DNA of 64,000 nucleotides from Mobula hypostoma (lineage: Eukaryota): positions 195,426,001-195,490,000 of the forward strand of contig NC_086097.1 of the NCBI RefSeq assembly GCF_963921235.1, given 5' to 3'. The translations under genes and the position numbers were made by a program. This document shows, in pieces, positions 63,501-64,000 of the stretch (within the stretch, counting starts at the first letter, position 1; the number at the start of each line of letters is the position of its first letter). The notes below the pieces were generated by a model. The model saw only the letters and a program-made list of their open reading frames with translations, made no database searches and was not told the origin of the DNA.

Positions 63501-64000
63501 GATGAAGAGAGCACTCCATTAATCCCTTAACATCTGCTGTGTCAGGATTTCTTGGCAACAACCACTTTATTACCAAACATGTTTTCACCTCTGTTGGTCT
63601 AAGAGGAAGTACCTGCACCTAAATATATCAGGTTAGGATTGTCAGAACTGACAGGACACATTCAAAATCCCAAATTCAAAGGAATCAGGCTCCATAATAC
63701 AAATCATAATAATAATCCATAATACCAGGAATCAGGCTCCATAATACAAACTAAAATTACTGAGTATTGAATAATCTCATCAATGCATTTGGGTTTACAA
63801 AATATTAATAGGCTTGTTAAGTATTGTCACTAATAAAATTACAAACTTTTTTGATAAACCATGAATTAAAAATTTTGAACAACTGCCTACTATTCTTTTT
63901 GTTGAGAACCACAAGGGCCATAGTCTCTAAATGAGTGGGCCTTGGATTTATTGCAATAGCAACTTTCAGGAGCTCCCATAATCCCCACTCAACCTCCCGC

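Overview
Vertebrate-type, transposon-saturated non-coding DNA with no convincing host protein-coding exon. The repeat mix (CR1, Rex1/Babar, L1, Tx1, Nimb-like, Hero, Neptune-type Penelope, V-SINE, Tc1, hAT-Buster, Gypsy) suggests a cartilaginous fish, possibly a ray; this is inference only. Most of the window is decayed and often nested mobile elements, many delimited by target-site duplications (TSDs). Highlights: (1) a U_UUA_AAC -1 frameshift-type heptamer linking CR1 ORF1 to an ORF2 with no upstream AUG (4319-4325); (2) minimal hammerhead ribozymes in Penelope pseudo-LTRs, plus 100-140 bp mini-elements and fold-backs whose ends or pivots sit at the ribozyme; (3) a near full-length RNase H-bearing Nimb-like LINE with a TAATG stop/start overlap; (4) a deep nested insertion stack at 3.7-20 kb; (5) an LTR-like family with copy-specific internal tandem arrays; (6) a tRNA/CORE SINE sharing its body with a non-autonomous RTE-like element. 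Family names come from motif recognition, not database searches. Boundaries without TSDs are approximate.
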